In this document: piece by piece, positions 13,701 through 26,763 of the stretch
Numbering within the stretch: position 1 is the stretch's first letter
Layout: every line of letters starts with the position of its first letter
From: Catajapyx aquilonaris
Taxonomy: Eukaryota
DNA length: 64,000 nucleotides
Direction of reading: 5' to 3'
Assembly: GCA_000934665.2 (NCBI GenBank)
Contig: KZ538451.1
Coordinates: 1 to 64,000 of the forward strand
Translations under genes and position numbers: made by a program
Notes under the pieces: generated by a model
Told to the model about the DNA's origin: nothing
The model's database searches: none
The model's input: only the letters and a program-made list of their open reading frames with translations

Positions 13701-15010
13701 AAGAAGAAAGAGCGAGAAGTAGAAGAAGAGGAGTTCGGCAACATTTGGGATCATTGACTTTCGTATATCTGACGCATCACGGAGCTCAGACAACAGAAAA
13801 TGGATATTTCACAGTGGTTATAACTAAGAGGAGTAAGAGCGAAGACCTGTATATGCATCAGAGTCTTATCATGATTTTCTAGAATTTGTCTTATATATTC
13901 ATGCTGAATGGTTTGGAAAATTTGCTCGCAACTTTGATGAATCTGTGGGAAAACATTTTTACCACAGAAATATGACGTTATATCAGTGATAACTTGTGCA
14001 GTACCTAGTCCGGTGTGGTCCAGCTTCCACCTGTACCTAAACATTGCCAATTATCTGGGGATCCGGAGCACGGAGCGTTGAGGACCTTGCAAGAAGGTTC
14101 TCAATGCTCCGTGATCCGGAGGACCGAGGAGAAGCGGGTGCAGTCTCCTCTTGAGCGGTGGATGAGGTCAGCGGCGGACAGGTGGTCCGTGTGCATCGTG
14201 AGGACTCAACTCGTGGCGAACAGGCGTCCTCACGCCGCGCCGCACCACACACGACCTTCTCAGACCTTCTCCACACGCCCTAGGCTCCCGCTGCGCTGTG
14301 ATAACTGTTCTCTTCCGGACAGTCCCCGGAGCTGGCCTGTTATCATACGGGCACGCTCCGGGGGCGGTGGTATCACAAAGTGAGTAACAGAAACCAGAGG
14401 TGTATTACCACAGCAGTATGCGTGCAAAGCTTAAACCAATATAATTATTTGCTTGTGCGTGTTTGTACCACATGTTGGGGCACACTCACATGAGTATCGA
14501 TGTAGACCTACTCGTACACCCATTGCGAAACACTGCATTAGGTTGGGAAATGATTTCGCTGGTTATTCAAGTTCAGCTGAATGATGTAAATCACTAAGGC
14601 AGTGAGAGGATTTCAGGGGGGGGGGGGGGGNACTTGCTTGTATCCGATGTGCTTACAGTATAGGAGGATTCCACTGTACTCTGTCAGTACATTCACCTAA
14701 ACTTGTGTGACCTTGAACCCAAAAAGATTTCGGCCGCGGCGGGCTTATTACCCCGTCTGTTGTTTCCCCTATTTCGACATGTTTTCATTCCTCAGTTATA
14801 AAAATATCAGTCAAGAAACTCTTGCCGAAATTTATTGGGACCGGGGGTGGGGGTGGGGGGCGTGAGTGTTTGGTGAAAACGAAAAGGGGGGCTTCATGAC
14901 GAAAAGGTTTGGAACCACTGAGCCACGGAGCTACAATATGGGTAATATCTTTGAAATTACAGTTTGAGTCTGACATCTCTGAATATGATAACATACACGG
15001 CACGGTGTAA

Positions 15011-15165
15011 AGCCGCGTTTACATGTGAGCGATTTGACCAGCGATGAATCCAATTGCTTGGAGTGAAAGTAACAATCATGGTAACAATCAATTTTCCAAG
15101 CAATTATTGGATTCATCACTCGGTGATGACATAGCTGATCAAATCGCTCACATGTAAACGCGGCT
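15011..15165. mobile_element. PIF/Harbinger (Tourist-like) MITE
   Basis: TIR agccgcgtttacatgtgagcgatttga / tcaaatcgctcacatgtaaacgcggct, flanked by TAA on both sides. Confidence 0.85.
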
Positions 15166-15197
15166 TAAAAGTCTTGAGATATTTTTACCTCTATATA

Positions 15198-15420
15198 CAG
15201 GTGTTCCAAATTCGTGGGCCGGTTTTATTATAACTGATATCGCCAGATAGTAGTTATTTTGTAGTTTATTGTGCCCCTAACCAGGTGCCCCATTCTAGAG
15301 CAACTGCTGTATTCGATCCCCTGGGAGTAATGGAGCACCTGGTTAAGGGCACAAGCTACCAAAAATTACTATTGGGCGATATCAGTGATTTAAAAAAAAA
15401 CACGAATTTGGAACACTCTG
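15198..15420. mobile_element. Tc1/mariner-like MITE
   Basis: TA|caggtgttccaaattcgtg ... cacgaatttggaacactctg|TA. Confidence 0.75.
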
Positions 15421-18400
15421 TATATGAAGCTGATGCATTAATCCCATCAGAAACTGGAACTAATAAGTATTTGATTAAATTGCGTGACTATAGAGTTCTA
15501 CATGCAATAAAGTCCACCTGGGCTCTTAAGTAACTTTATATGCAGCAAGTGTGACCAAACCATTCGTCTTACTCAAGATGAGGATAAGTTTAATTTCCTT
15601 GCTTCAACATCCAGTCTTCCAGACTTCCTCGGCCCAAAAGATCTTCATATACATCTCTGACATTCTCATCTCCACCATAACTTCTTCGATTCAGATCTGT
15701 GTCTCAGGCGTCATCCACAAAAGATGGCGTCAGCATCAGGCGAGGCTTGCTCAGGGTGACCAGACGCAGCCGTTTTAATCCCTTCCTCCCTCTCCCCCAT
15801 TCCCCCCTGGGCTGCTACCCCCCCTTTCCCCTCCTTCCCCTATCCGGACCCTTTCCACAAGTCTCAGGGTAGCCGTAACGGCCTCCTAATGATGGAGCCA
15901 GACACGGCTGTTCATTTACGAAATTGCAACAGTTTGTTAAGGTGTCGGAACGAGAGAGGGCCGGACGAACGTGACGTGCTTTCTGAGCTGGAAGGGACTT
16001 AAGAGGGGCGGGGAGGGGCTGGAAGAGGGAAGGGGGATTCCCTTCCGGCACAAGGGTCATCTTGGCTTCCAGGGCTCTAATTGGTCGTTGGGCGTGTAAG
16101 TCACCCAGCCAGCATCCGGATGTCGATGGAGAAAGTACGTGCTGGAAGTGGCGACCACTTCCTACCAGCAACTCCCGGAATTGTTATTCCGGGGCTGCCA
16201 ATTACTACCCGGATCCGTGACGATTCTTGAACGTTTCACTTGGCGGACTTTGTGACGAAACTTGGCGCTTATAATATTGTTATTTGGCTCGTGGGTATGC
16301 TTCGGGATCAAGGGCATGGTGTGGAAGAGATGGGATCCTGCTCATTGTGCTGATGAAATCGCAAAATTTGCGACCAGAGGTAGAAGGTTTGCAAAGGCTC
16401 TAGCGAAGGTTATTCCTCTTTTCTCGGATTTTCTTCCTATTTTGTTTTTAATATCTTTATTCGGGAGGCTGTCCAAGGTACGTATTATGCGTCACAAGTG
16501 TGGAGAAACTAACCACAAGGGGATGATGGTGCAACAAAAAGCCAAGAGTTGTGTTGCATGCAGTGTTCCACCTTAAGAGGCGCAGTTAGTATACGACCAA
16601 CATAATTATATTATTATGCTATGTTAATTTTTTTGAAAAACAGTATCCTGGTGCTATAGAGCAATCATCATTGACCCAAGATGAAGATTTTTCCCGCTTA
16701 CCTTTCACTTTGGTGACTGCTGTATAGCGCCTGAGTAGCCTACACATGTCCGAAACTCTTGTCATATAACACGTAAGCACACAAAACTGACCCAATATTA
16801 CGTTTGAGCCATTTTAAATAAATGATAATTGTAAATGACACTTCCCCCCCCCTCTCTCTCTCTCTCTGAAATATGGGGAATTTATTCAACTTGTGCTTTA
16901 CATCTTTCACACACTGTACCTTTATTATAATGCCAACAGTATCGACGTGTTCTTTAAGTGGAGAAATAGATTGTGCTGCAATCACAGCTTCATGAATAGG
17001 CCTATCTGTCTCGTTATTATGTAGAGCACATGAGTCCTTTTACTCACAAGTCAGATGCTCCACAAGTGATATTCAAAAATAATGCCACAGCTGTTCCAGT
17101 ATGACGTCATTCCACAATCCCTCATCATTGGGGATATAGCTTGTGAGATCTATATGAATTGCACCCGAAATCAATTATGTACAGTACCAGATCTTTATCC
17201 CAAGAGAGGACCATTACGGTTGACATGAATGCCTGTTACAAATGGAGCATCAATCATCTATAACTACGTAAGAAGCAGGTTTAGTGTTATTCGGGGCCTT
17301 TTATAAATGCAATAATATGAAATCCAATGGCACAAATAAAATTGGCTAGTTTGACGTACTATCTGCAAAAACAAAGTTTTGGATATACCTAACCTGTGTG
17401 TGGTGCAGTGTAACCATAAACACGACACCAAGGTGAATGGTTTTATTCCTCTCTTACTATGCCTACGGGCTGACGCTTTTTATAGCGGCAGGATACCATT
17501 GGCCGAAACTTTTCTTGGCATATTAGGATAGGCCTGCAGGTTTTTCCACCGAGGGACCACCTTAATAACTGCCAATATGGTGCAGTAGTGTCAATTGGTT
17601 AACTTTTACACCATATATCTCTGTTTAACGCACATGTGGTGTCATTCTCATCATATTTAGACAATAACCTCTGGATGAACTAGGTAGAAAATCCCTATTG
17701 TCATAATGCATTCAATATTGCTACAAAGATGTTAAGTATGAACGTAAGCAGGATCTTCGTACAATATAAGCTACTGTAACAGACATTGCAGTCAGCCCAG
17801 GTTTTATGGCATTATTTTCAGCGTTATAAAACCTCTGGTGGGTTCACGAAACATCCCTATATGTTACTTAACAGTCTAATATTGCGTCACATCCCTATGC
17901 CACTTTCATTACATCCTATGTAGATTTTAATTTGAATATTATTTAGTAAGCACACGAGACCGAAGACTACACCATATGTGAGAGCGTTCGTGCATTTTGG
18001 GACAGCCCCATATATTTTAGGAATAGCCACCAAAGAAAATAGTGCGTTATTTCCACTGTGGGTTGGTAATGTTGCCTCGAGCGTCTCGAGTGTACCACTA
18101 AATGTCACCCTAAGTGAAATTTAGCTAGAGCCTGAAAGAAAACACAAGCATAGGGTTTCCCACAGGGACCAGGATGTCTGTCGAGCCCACCACCTTCAAA
18201 ATCAACAGAACGTGGGGCGGGGGATGTTCTGCAAACTATTAGTATGCAAATAAACCGCTATTAAATGGCGCAAATGCTTGAAATTGCTCGAGAATGTTTT
18301 AAACGCTAATTATTTCACAAATATGCAAAACTGCTGCAACATTGACTACATTCCAAAATATTCCTTCATTTATTAGAGTCCAATTACGATGGTTAACAGG

Positions 18401-18534
18401 CACAAATTCGGGTTAAAAAGTTTTCACGAAGATATTACCATAATATTGTTCCTCACGACTGTAGAGTATCAGTGAAGGAGCTGCTATCTTTGCATAAAAT
18501 TCATCGCAGTAACTGATATTGCACATTGGTGGTA

Positions 18535-18699
18535 CAGTGCTGGCCAATAATCGAGGCAACCGCCAGCGACATTTTTCCGAAACGGCAGAAGAAGGAATCG
18601 AAGATAAGCATGCTACAAGCCGGGCGAGCAAGAATCCTTCTTCTGCCGCTTCGGAAAAATGTCGCTGGCGGTTGCCTCGATTTATATTGGCCAGCACTG
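18535..18699. mobile_element. Tc1/mariner-like foldback MITE (CAGTGCTGG family)
   Basis: TA|cagtgctggccaata ... tattggccagcactg|TA with about 65-bp arms. Confidence 0.85.
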
Positions 18700-18823
18700 T
18701 ACAGTATACAGTATTATACGAATTTGCTAAAATCGTAGTAGACGAACTAAAATATGACAAGAGCATTGCTACTTTGGACCACCGCAAATGGAATTAACTT
18801 GAGAACGCAATGACTAGTCTGTA

Positions 18824-19096
18824 CAGTGTTGGACATTAATCGCGTCATACTGCTTGCGACATTTTCTGATGCTGGAGAAGTGCAAATCGAAGTGATAGAG
18901 TGTGAGCCGTGCGAGTAAGAACAGGTAGGCCTTAGCGGCTGGGAGGCAATGGAGAAAAGGCCTGTCCCCAGCCAGTGACGTCATCCAAGGGCTACCATTT
19001 ATTACTCGCACGGCTCGCACTCTATCACTTCGATTTGCACGTCTGCCGCATCGGAAAATGTCGCTAGCAGTATGACGGAATTAATGTCCAGCACTG
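18824..19096. mobile_element. Tc1/mariner-like foldback MITE, related to 18535-18699
   Basis: TA|cagtgttggacattaat ... attaatgtccagcactg|TA; about 95-bp arms; shares gcgacattttc with its neighbour. Confidence 0.85.
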
Positions 19097-19970
19097 TACA
19101 TGTGGTGTCAGTCACATTCAAAAATAGCACCTGATTTTACAAATAACTAATCACCTAGCATGCAAATTTAAAAAATTTTATTATGGTCCCACACTTTTGG
19201 GGGCGCCACATTTGTACAAGCTTTACACTCTTCCATTACCCTCACTTGGTGCAGTTTGCATCTAAAAATATCAACGCACCTCACACATTCCATTCAACTT
19301 TCCATAATGCAAACGCGAGTTGGGAAAGGGGCATGCAGGCGGGGCTATAGCTAAAAGGCTGGTCTGAATTCGAGTCATTTGCAGCCACCCCCGCCGTTCA
19401 TTTAGACAGAGGGCCAATTCTCAGGGGGTTAATTTGGGGGGGGGGGGATCCGGCGGAGAAAGGGGGGGATGGAGGGGATGGGGCATTTGTCAAGTGCCAT
19501 GGGGGTCAGCGGATGGCAAAAGCGAAAATGGACCGATGAGAGAGCCCAGGGGCCCATGTTGTATACACTGAACCGGGGGGCATTTATTTAGCCATGCTTC
19601 TCAGGATTCTGTCCCCGCCACCCCCTACCTCTCCACCTCTCCCCTCCGGGCCCCTATCCGCACTACAATAATGGAATTTTTTGCAGTGATCGCCCAAATT
19701 CTCTAGAAGCCACTTTGGCCGCAATTTCAGGATTTTTTTTTCTCGACACGTTTCGGCAACAGGAGACCTTTCCTTGCGGGGCTCGTTTCTCATGATAATC
19801 GCCATATTGTGTCCAGGGTCTGAATCGCTGGATCCCACACCGAAATGACACAATTGTTTGTAGGTTTGGTGCCCGTCAAACCGAATAGTGGAGATGTTAT
19901 TTGTTGTTGAATTATTGACACCCTTCATCTGTTTCTATCACTTTGTCCTAATGCATTTTTGAACAAAATG

Positions 19971-20293
19971 CAGGGTGTTTCAACTTTTTTGTCCAAACAG
20001 TTATTGGAAAATTGCACGTAACTGCTACTTTGTAAGCAGTGACTTGCAAACGGTGATTTTTCGGAGGAACGGGGAATATTCCCTGCGAATCGTAGGTTGA
20101 AGTGGCATACGTGCTGCCCGCTGAAAATTGAGGGTCAAGCCTGGAAAAAAGATGGTCACACATGCCATGGGATGTGTGACCCGCTTTTTCCCCATTCTTC
20201 CGACAAATCACCGGTTGTAAGTCACTGCTTACAAAGTAGCAGCTACGTGAAATTTTCCGATAACTGTTCTGACAAAAAAATTGAAACACCCTG
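19971..20293. mobile_element. Tc1/mariner-like MITE (CAGGGTG termini)
   Basis: About 95-bp arms cagggtgtttcaacttttttgtc... / ...gacaaaaaaattgaaacaccctg|TA. Confidence 0.85.
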
Positions 20294-22125
20294 TATTACG
20301 CTACAATCAGTATACGTGGACGTTCCTTATTGAACAAGAAATTACCTTTTTGTTGACCTGCATAAAATATTGCACATTATGGACGCATCATACTTAACAC
20401 TTTATCCAAATATGTGCCCCTAAACGATCGAACCCAATTTGTGGCCCCGAGTAACATGCCACTCGACCACTCTTTTCCCTGACAGCCGTAACCGATTCAA
20501 GTGACAGCTTACTTAAAGACCACCCTGTAACCCTCAAACTACCACCCCCCTTTCCACCCAACTTTTTGGCAACAATAAAGCTCCTTCACCTTCTTCACCC
20601 GACAAACATGCTTGATGCCCGTGCATAAACCGAAGATGATTTCGGGGATGAAGGCCTGTGAGACTCCAGATAAGCCCTCCTATCGATTGTGTTACACGCT
20701 ATCGGGTATATAAAGACGGTGTCTATGGAAGGGGGGGTATGGGAGGTATATTTGCCTCGCGTTTTGCAAGCCCAAGGAAAACCCCCAAGAGGGTCTCAAC
20801 GGACATCGCACGCGATCGCATCGTATCAATAAATTACACGCCTTCTTAGTATTCTGATGGACTTTGCTGTAATTATTGATGATCCGTGGCAATCTGTTTG
20901 CTCCTCGTGGGGACACGTTATCTACGGTATAGGGTGGGGGTGGAAGACAGAGAGAAAAAAAAATGCTGAGCACGGTACAACCCCCTGGTATAGTCTCGGG
21001 TTTCCCGCGAGTGACAAGTCTCGCCTATGCAGCCGCACAAAGTCTCATGAAATATTAATGACTAACCCCCCCACCACCACCATCCTCATCCTACCCCCCT
21101 CCCCAGCCCAATTCTCCTGTTCAAATTCCCAGATTATTATGCTTTAATGGACATTGCTAACGAAGTGTTAACATTGGAAGAATCATAATATGACAAGCCC
21201 CATTCATCCCTTTCAACACAGCGATTGTCCCTGATGGGTTGAAACGTGGGTGGAAAAAAAACTGGGCCCAAAAATGTGACCCTCTCGTCTCTCTATATGC
21301 TCTCACCTTGTTCGCTTTCAGTATGTGCTTGTGCGTAGGTATTTTGTTGTTATGGGCGAACATGAAGTATTATTTAATTGGGTTGAAATATGCAGGGACC
21401 GTAATTTCACATTTATGACTACGCCTATTTCATCTGAAAAATTGTACGGCTGATGGATTTGCTATACATATTGCCATAGATATCGGAGGGAAATACAGGT
21501 CAGACATTCTGGCAGAATTTACTTGAGCGGAAACACTGTTTCAACAAATATCTTGATTGACCTCAGAGCGTATATAGGTCTTCTGGTGCAGGTAAAATTA
21601 ATATGCTACATGTTTGTGTAAATTCTGCTTGCATTGAGTACAATATCGAACTAGTTGTGTGTGTCTGGGTGAGTGTGTGTGTGACGTGTTTTTATCGTAT
21701 AGCGTGTCTATTTATAACGCAGCCTTGTCACCGACAGGAGCGATTATTCGTTGAAGTGCATTCAAGTCAAGCAATAATTATGACACGCATATGCCAGGTC
21801 GATTTTCGGCGCGATCACAGGAACAGAATTAACTAACTTAACTAACTTAACTGTTTGAGTGTCCCGTAGGCAAAACTTAGCTCGTCTTTTCACGAGAACT
21901 AACATCTTAATTGCACTCAAGCTCTGAGCCAATTAAATTTACGAGTGAACTTTCCACTGTTGAAAGTTATCGATTAAACTCGATTACCAGTTTATAACTT
22001 CTCAAAATTACGATTCACATTTTACGTGTTGCATTATACTGATAATATCGAGCTACGAGGTTACCTTTTCAAACCGCAGCTAATTCATTTCTCAGTCCGA
22101 TGGTTTTTAAAATGTGCAAATAATT

Positions 22126-22308
22126 CATTCTGCGGTTTTCCATGGTCCCCTCCAGGACAGTTCCGGAGTCGTTTCCGTAAAAATTGGCCACAGCCGCTTC
22201 CTTCCCTATCCCTGGTTCCATCCAATGGTGGTAATCCATCCCCCTGAGCGCCTAAGGGAGCCAACGGCTCTAGCACAGGGTATGATAAATAAATATAAAT
22301 AAATAAAA
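22126..22308 (+). mobile_element. 5'-truncated SINE (core1 + tail)
   Basis: Core1 (ggccacagccgcttccttcc) followed directly by ggtggtaatcca...cccct...hairpin...gggta and an A-rich tail. Confidence 0.75.
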
Positions 22309-22928
22309 CTGCTGCATTTCAATGCTTAGAAAGCTTCTTTCATTCTCCAACAATATTTAAAAAGAAGATATTAAATATTAATGCAGTGTAGAAGCTGATT
22401 GGTGAATTTCTCAACTGATACCACATATTGCAATAGAGCCATTCACTCCGTCTTCCGGTAACATGCAGCCAGATTGAATGAATCGCTTCATAGTACCCAG
22501 TCAGATTACATTATTCACTGATGCTGAAGATTCAAACATTCACTCACGCACACAAAGGTTTTCAGATGGGATTGATTACATTCAAAAATTAATACCGCAG
22601 CCAGCCTGAAATTATGATGGAATAACCTATACGCTATCATAATTTTAGACTTATCGTTCCAACATCCAACCCCTACCAAAAAAAACACTTTCTTTGTTGT
22701 TAAAACGATTCTGTTCTGGCTGTAACCTACCATTTCAGCTATAGCACCACCTTACAACTATGTGTAGGCCTACATATGCTGTACCAACTGTACAGCATGA
22801 GCGGATAGAGACAACAATATAATTCTCATCCGACATTTTATATAAAATATTTAATAAAATGAATTTTTGCTCCTGTAGGTTAGGAGTGAATCTAAAATCT
22901 AGCTAGCTTCTTCATAATAGAAAACATC

Positions 22929-23296
22929 GGGGAAGTCGCGGTGGCCGAGATGGTATGGTAACGTCTCGGCTTGCTGAGTGGAAGGTCCCGGGTTCGATCC
23001 CCGCCCGGGATTTCTCTTCCGCCTGCGTCAGTGGGTCTCTGCCCGCGCCTAAGAGGGCGTCTTGGCAACCTAGCCCTCTGGGGGACTGCACATGACCCTT
23101 TTCTGACATTGCACTTGCACCTGTGTCCCCTTCCCAAAAATCCCTATCCTTGCCCCATGTCCTTTCATCCTTGCACCGGAGTTGGAAGAAAAATTAGAAA
23201 AACTGGAGGAAAAATGGTGGTATTCCACCCCCCTATAAGGGCCGCTGGCCCTATCACGGGGTAACGTATATAATAAAAAATATAAAAAATAAAATG
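22929..23296 (+). mobile_element. tRNA-derived SINE (family B: head2-core2-tail)
   Basis: Box A-like tggccgagatgg, box B gggttcgatccc, A-rich tail; short TSD aaacatc; homologous to 30304-30645. Confidence 0.88.
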
Positions 23297-25127
23297 AAAC
23301 ATCCAGTAGCCTATATTATCGGACCAACAATGATTTATCATAACTTATGCTGTACTACTGAAGACTTCAAATCACTTAAATTACAGTGCAGAAATAACTT
23401 GAAAGGTATTAAAACAAACTGATCAAACTTCACACAAAGTGATCCTAAATCATATGAAACTGTACGATATACGTACAGTAGTTTTGCAAGTAGGCTCAAT
23501 TGAATCGAAAAAAATGCACTTCCTTGACCACACATTCGGAATTCCTGATCAACAAAACTGTTAATCAGTCTAATAAATTATGGACAACCCCATGTAATAT
23601 ACCCTAAGGCTAAACAGTATCCATCATTCTGGACCGCCAGCATGCCTAGATTCGTCCCTTAAGAGCAAAGGGGCAGAGGGGTATGGAAAAGCGGGGAGGG
23701 AGGGAAGGGACGGGGCATGGGAGGAGGGATTTCGCACTGTGCAAATAAGCTCCCCCTCACCTCCCTGGAATAAATTCGCCTAATTAACGAAACAAAAAAA
23801 CAGTCCGTTGGAAACACGATGAGGCCTTCTGGACGCAGCAAATCCCATAGGGCTCTCTCTGCTTATCCCGGACTCCTGGAAACAACTGCATTTTTTAAAA
23901 CTCCCCCCCCCCCCTCGCCTCTCTACACCCCCTTCCATCCCATCTCCACCCCCTACTGTATACACTTCACCGGTATACCTGTTCAAGGCCTCGGGGACTA
24001 CCAGTTGGTCATGACATTACTAGACTTGCCCCCCCAAAAAAGTATGCAAAAAAACAGCAAAAAATGGTTGAAAAATTCCGACATGGTTGAATAGCCTGGA
24101 AAATGGCATAGAAAAATGAATAGCACTGATAATAATGGTATGCTCGTGGCGAGGTTTGTAACATATTACAAGGCTCACCTGCCGTGGGGTAGTTGGAGCC
24201 AGTAATGAATTCGCGAGAATCCCCCCCTAGTTTTTTTTTTTTGCGCAGCTACAACTACTATGTAGAGTACACGTGCACTAGTTGCATACAATGGTGCAGG
24301 AGTATTTGTGTTATTTTTTTTGTTTTCAAAATGTAATAGGTGTGCAAAATTTTCTTCTGGTTTTGGGAAGGTCGTAATTACAGTGCCCGACAGGTGGTGC
24401 AGGTAAGCTAAAACTGTGGTGGAAGATTGCTTGCTGAAATTATCCTTTGATGCAAAGGCTTTCCAGAGGGGAACATTGTAGTTGGCTCCGAACTATTCAA
24501 CTATACGTACCGGGGGGTACGTTGCGGGTGTTATAAGTTTGTAATTGCACTGGGGCCTGGGTTTTGTGCGTCAAGTGCACTTACTCACATTACGTGAATG
24601 TAAGACTCTTGCTTTAGAGCCAACCTGAGGCGACTAAAAATCAAAGTAGAAGTCACATTTATATAGTGTAGTGTCACATTTCTCCCGAGATAATACAGGG
24701 CTTTAAAAATAAGGGTTTCTCAAAAATAATAATGTGGTCTCTCTATACAATTTCTAGCTCATATTTCCTCATTGAAGTAGTGTTCTAGATTAATTACATA
24801 CAGTACGAAAAAATGTGCTACAATATAATATTACCTCTAGGATCTACTTTTTCATTGGTTCTATACCGTTTGGGGTCATTTACAAGCACGTAGACTTAAC
24901 CCTACGTGATTTCAGTGTTTTAACCTCTCCTTCCCAGCAGGCTCAAGTGCACTGGTTAAATGAAAACCGCTTTCAGCTGCTTGAAAATTGGCCTTTCAAC
25001 CAAAGTACTATACTGTACAAAACATTCAGTAGGTAAATGCAAACGCATGCACTAACGCACCGGAAATTTAATTTTAATTTCACATTATCATGCCTTTCCC
25101 TTGTGAATGTTAAAGACATTTAAATTT

Positions 25128-25550
25128 AAATTTAAATTTTTTATTTTTTAGATATATACCCCGTGCTAAGGCCGTAGGCCCTCTTAGGGGAGTGGATTAC
25201 CACTATCGTGCAGGGACAGGGTAGGGATAGGAGGGGGGGGGGACGCTGGTGCATGTGCAATGTCATCAAGTTGGGGGTCGTGAGCAGTCCCTCAGGGGGC
25301 CCGTTCGCCATAGATGATCTCCTAGATGCGAGTCAGAAACTCCCCACTGACCCGCACCTCCTCCATGGCAGGGAATAGAAGGAAGCGGCTGTGGCCTATT
25401 TTACGGTACGATCCCGGAAATTTTTCCTGGGCCGACCTTGGGAAACCACAGAAAACCAAGATCAGGATCGCCGGCCTCCGGGATTCGAACCCAGGACCTC
25501 CTGATTAGCAGTCGGACACCATATCCACTCCACCACTACTGCATCGGTCG
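25128..25550 (-). mobile_element. Chimeric SINE (head1-core1-core2-tail)
   Basis: Family A head and core plus family B core; TSD AAAGACATTT at 25112-25121 and 25551-25560. Confidence 0.88.
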
Positions 25551-26660
25551 AAAGACATTTGAATTTACTCATACTGTGGTCGTTTTTTCCTTAATATTCA
25601 ACTCCGAGCTTGTGACAAACAAAGACTAAGATATTGCTCAAGGTAAATATTTAAAAAGTATCAAAATTGTGCAGTAATTTACATGTTATTTTCTTGCCAC
25701 AAAATAAACAACGCGAAGGCGCGTTTCAGATCTTTTTGCTTATGCTTTACACTAGGATTATACGTATTACCTGAAAATGTACGGCCATAGTAACAATGTT
25801 ACACAAACACGTTCACTATTGAACCAGCGTTCATAACAAGGTTTTCACCCTAATTTAACGTGTTAGTAAGTTAGGTGACCCACCATGATTTAAACTATAG
25901 TGCTACCCTGACTTGGGTAGACGAGGAGTCTCACCTGCGGCTCTGCCATGCATAAGAAAATATAAAAATGATGATATCGCATTATTGTAAACAAGTGAAC
26001 GCAGAATTAACGAGAAGGCAGCGCTTTTGGTCCCACCAGGACAAGAGGTGCAAATTAGTCCTAAATCGAAGCTGCATGAAGCGCACATAATGTGGCGGTG
26101 CAATAATGCATGTAATTGTCAAGAGTGAGCGCCCTCGGGCCACTATTTGCTGAAACAACACGGGGCATTATGGAAATGCTGTCACGGGGCCCCGGTGTTA
26201 TTCAAACCGATCACTTATAAACACTAGGGGATGAAAGTTCTAACTATTCGACTAAAAAAAATCCACTGCAATTCGAATCTAATCAACTGTACTAAGACGT
26301 GGAGGTGGTTCAAATTTTACAATCATGTTCATCTCTTATTATACATCCATAAGGAAAACATTGTGTATGCTGAACATGAATAAGGTCATTGCATGCCATT
26401 ATTCTGTGTTTTACAAGTTAAATTTTCGGGCAGGTAGGAGAAATCCGCCAAATTCAAAACAAGATTGGCAAATCACGTGAGCGTGATTAGAGTAGACTTT
26501 TTCATGTTTATTGCTATTGTTCCCAACGTCAGTCACGGGACTGGCAGGTCAGGGGGAAAGGGACGGTCTGGGGAGAATGGGCGGTCAGGGAGAGGGGGTG
26601 GAGGGGGGATGGAACACCCAGGGGAAAGTGGCGGACAGAGTGAACCCGGAACCCGAAAAT

Positions 26661-26763
26661 CGAAAAAAAGTCTTATAGCACGGCTCTGTCTGTCTGATAC
26701 CTGTCCACAGACAGACAGACAGAGCCATTCTATAAGACTTTTTCTTCGAAAAAGCGTCTAAAA
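26661..26763 (-). mobile_element. Minimal Helentron/HINE-like element
   Basis: Subterminal inverted repeat aaaaagtcttatag / ctataagacttttt, (GACA)n microsatellite, terminal palindrome next to an A-run; same end motif at 36828-36860. Confidence 0.55.

Noticed and set aside
13640..13753. Minus-strand short hydrophobic ORF MIPNVAELLFFYFSLFLLLLLLLFLQLVCSITVGTCQ
   Set aside because: Hydrophobicity comes from a (GAA)n microsatellite; no good donor or downstream exon found
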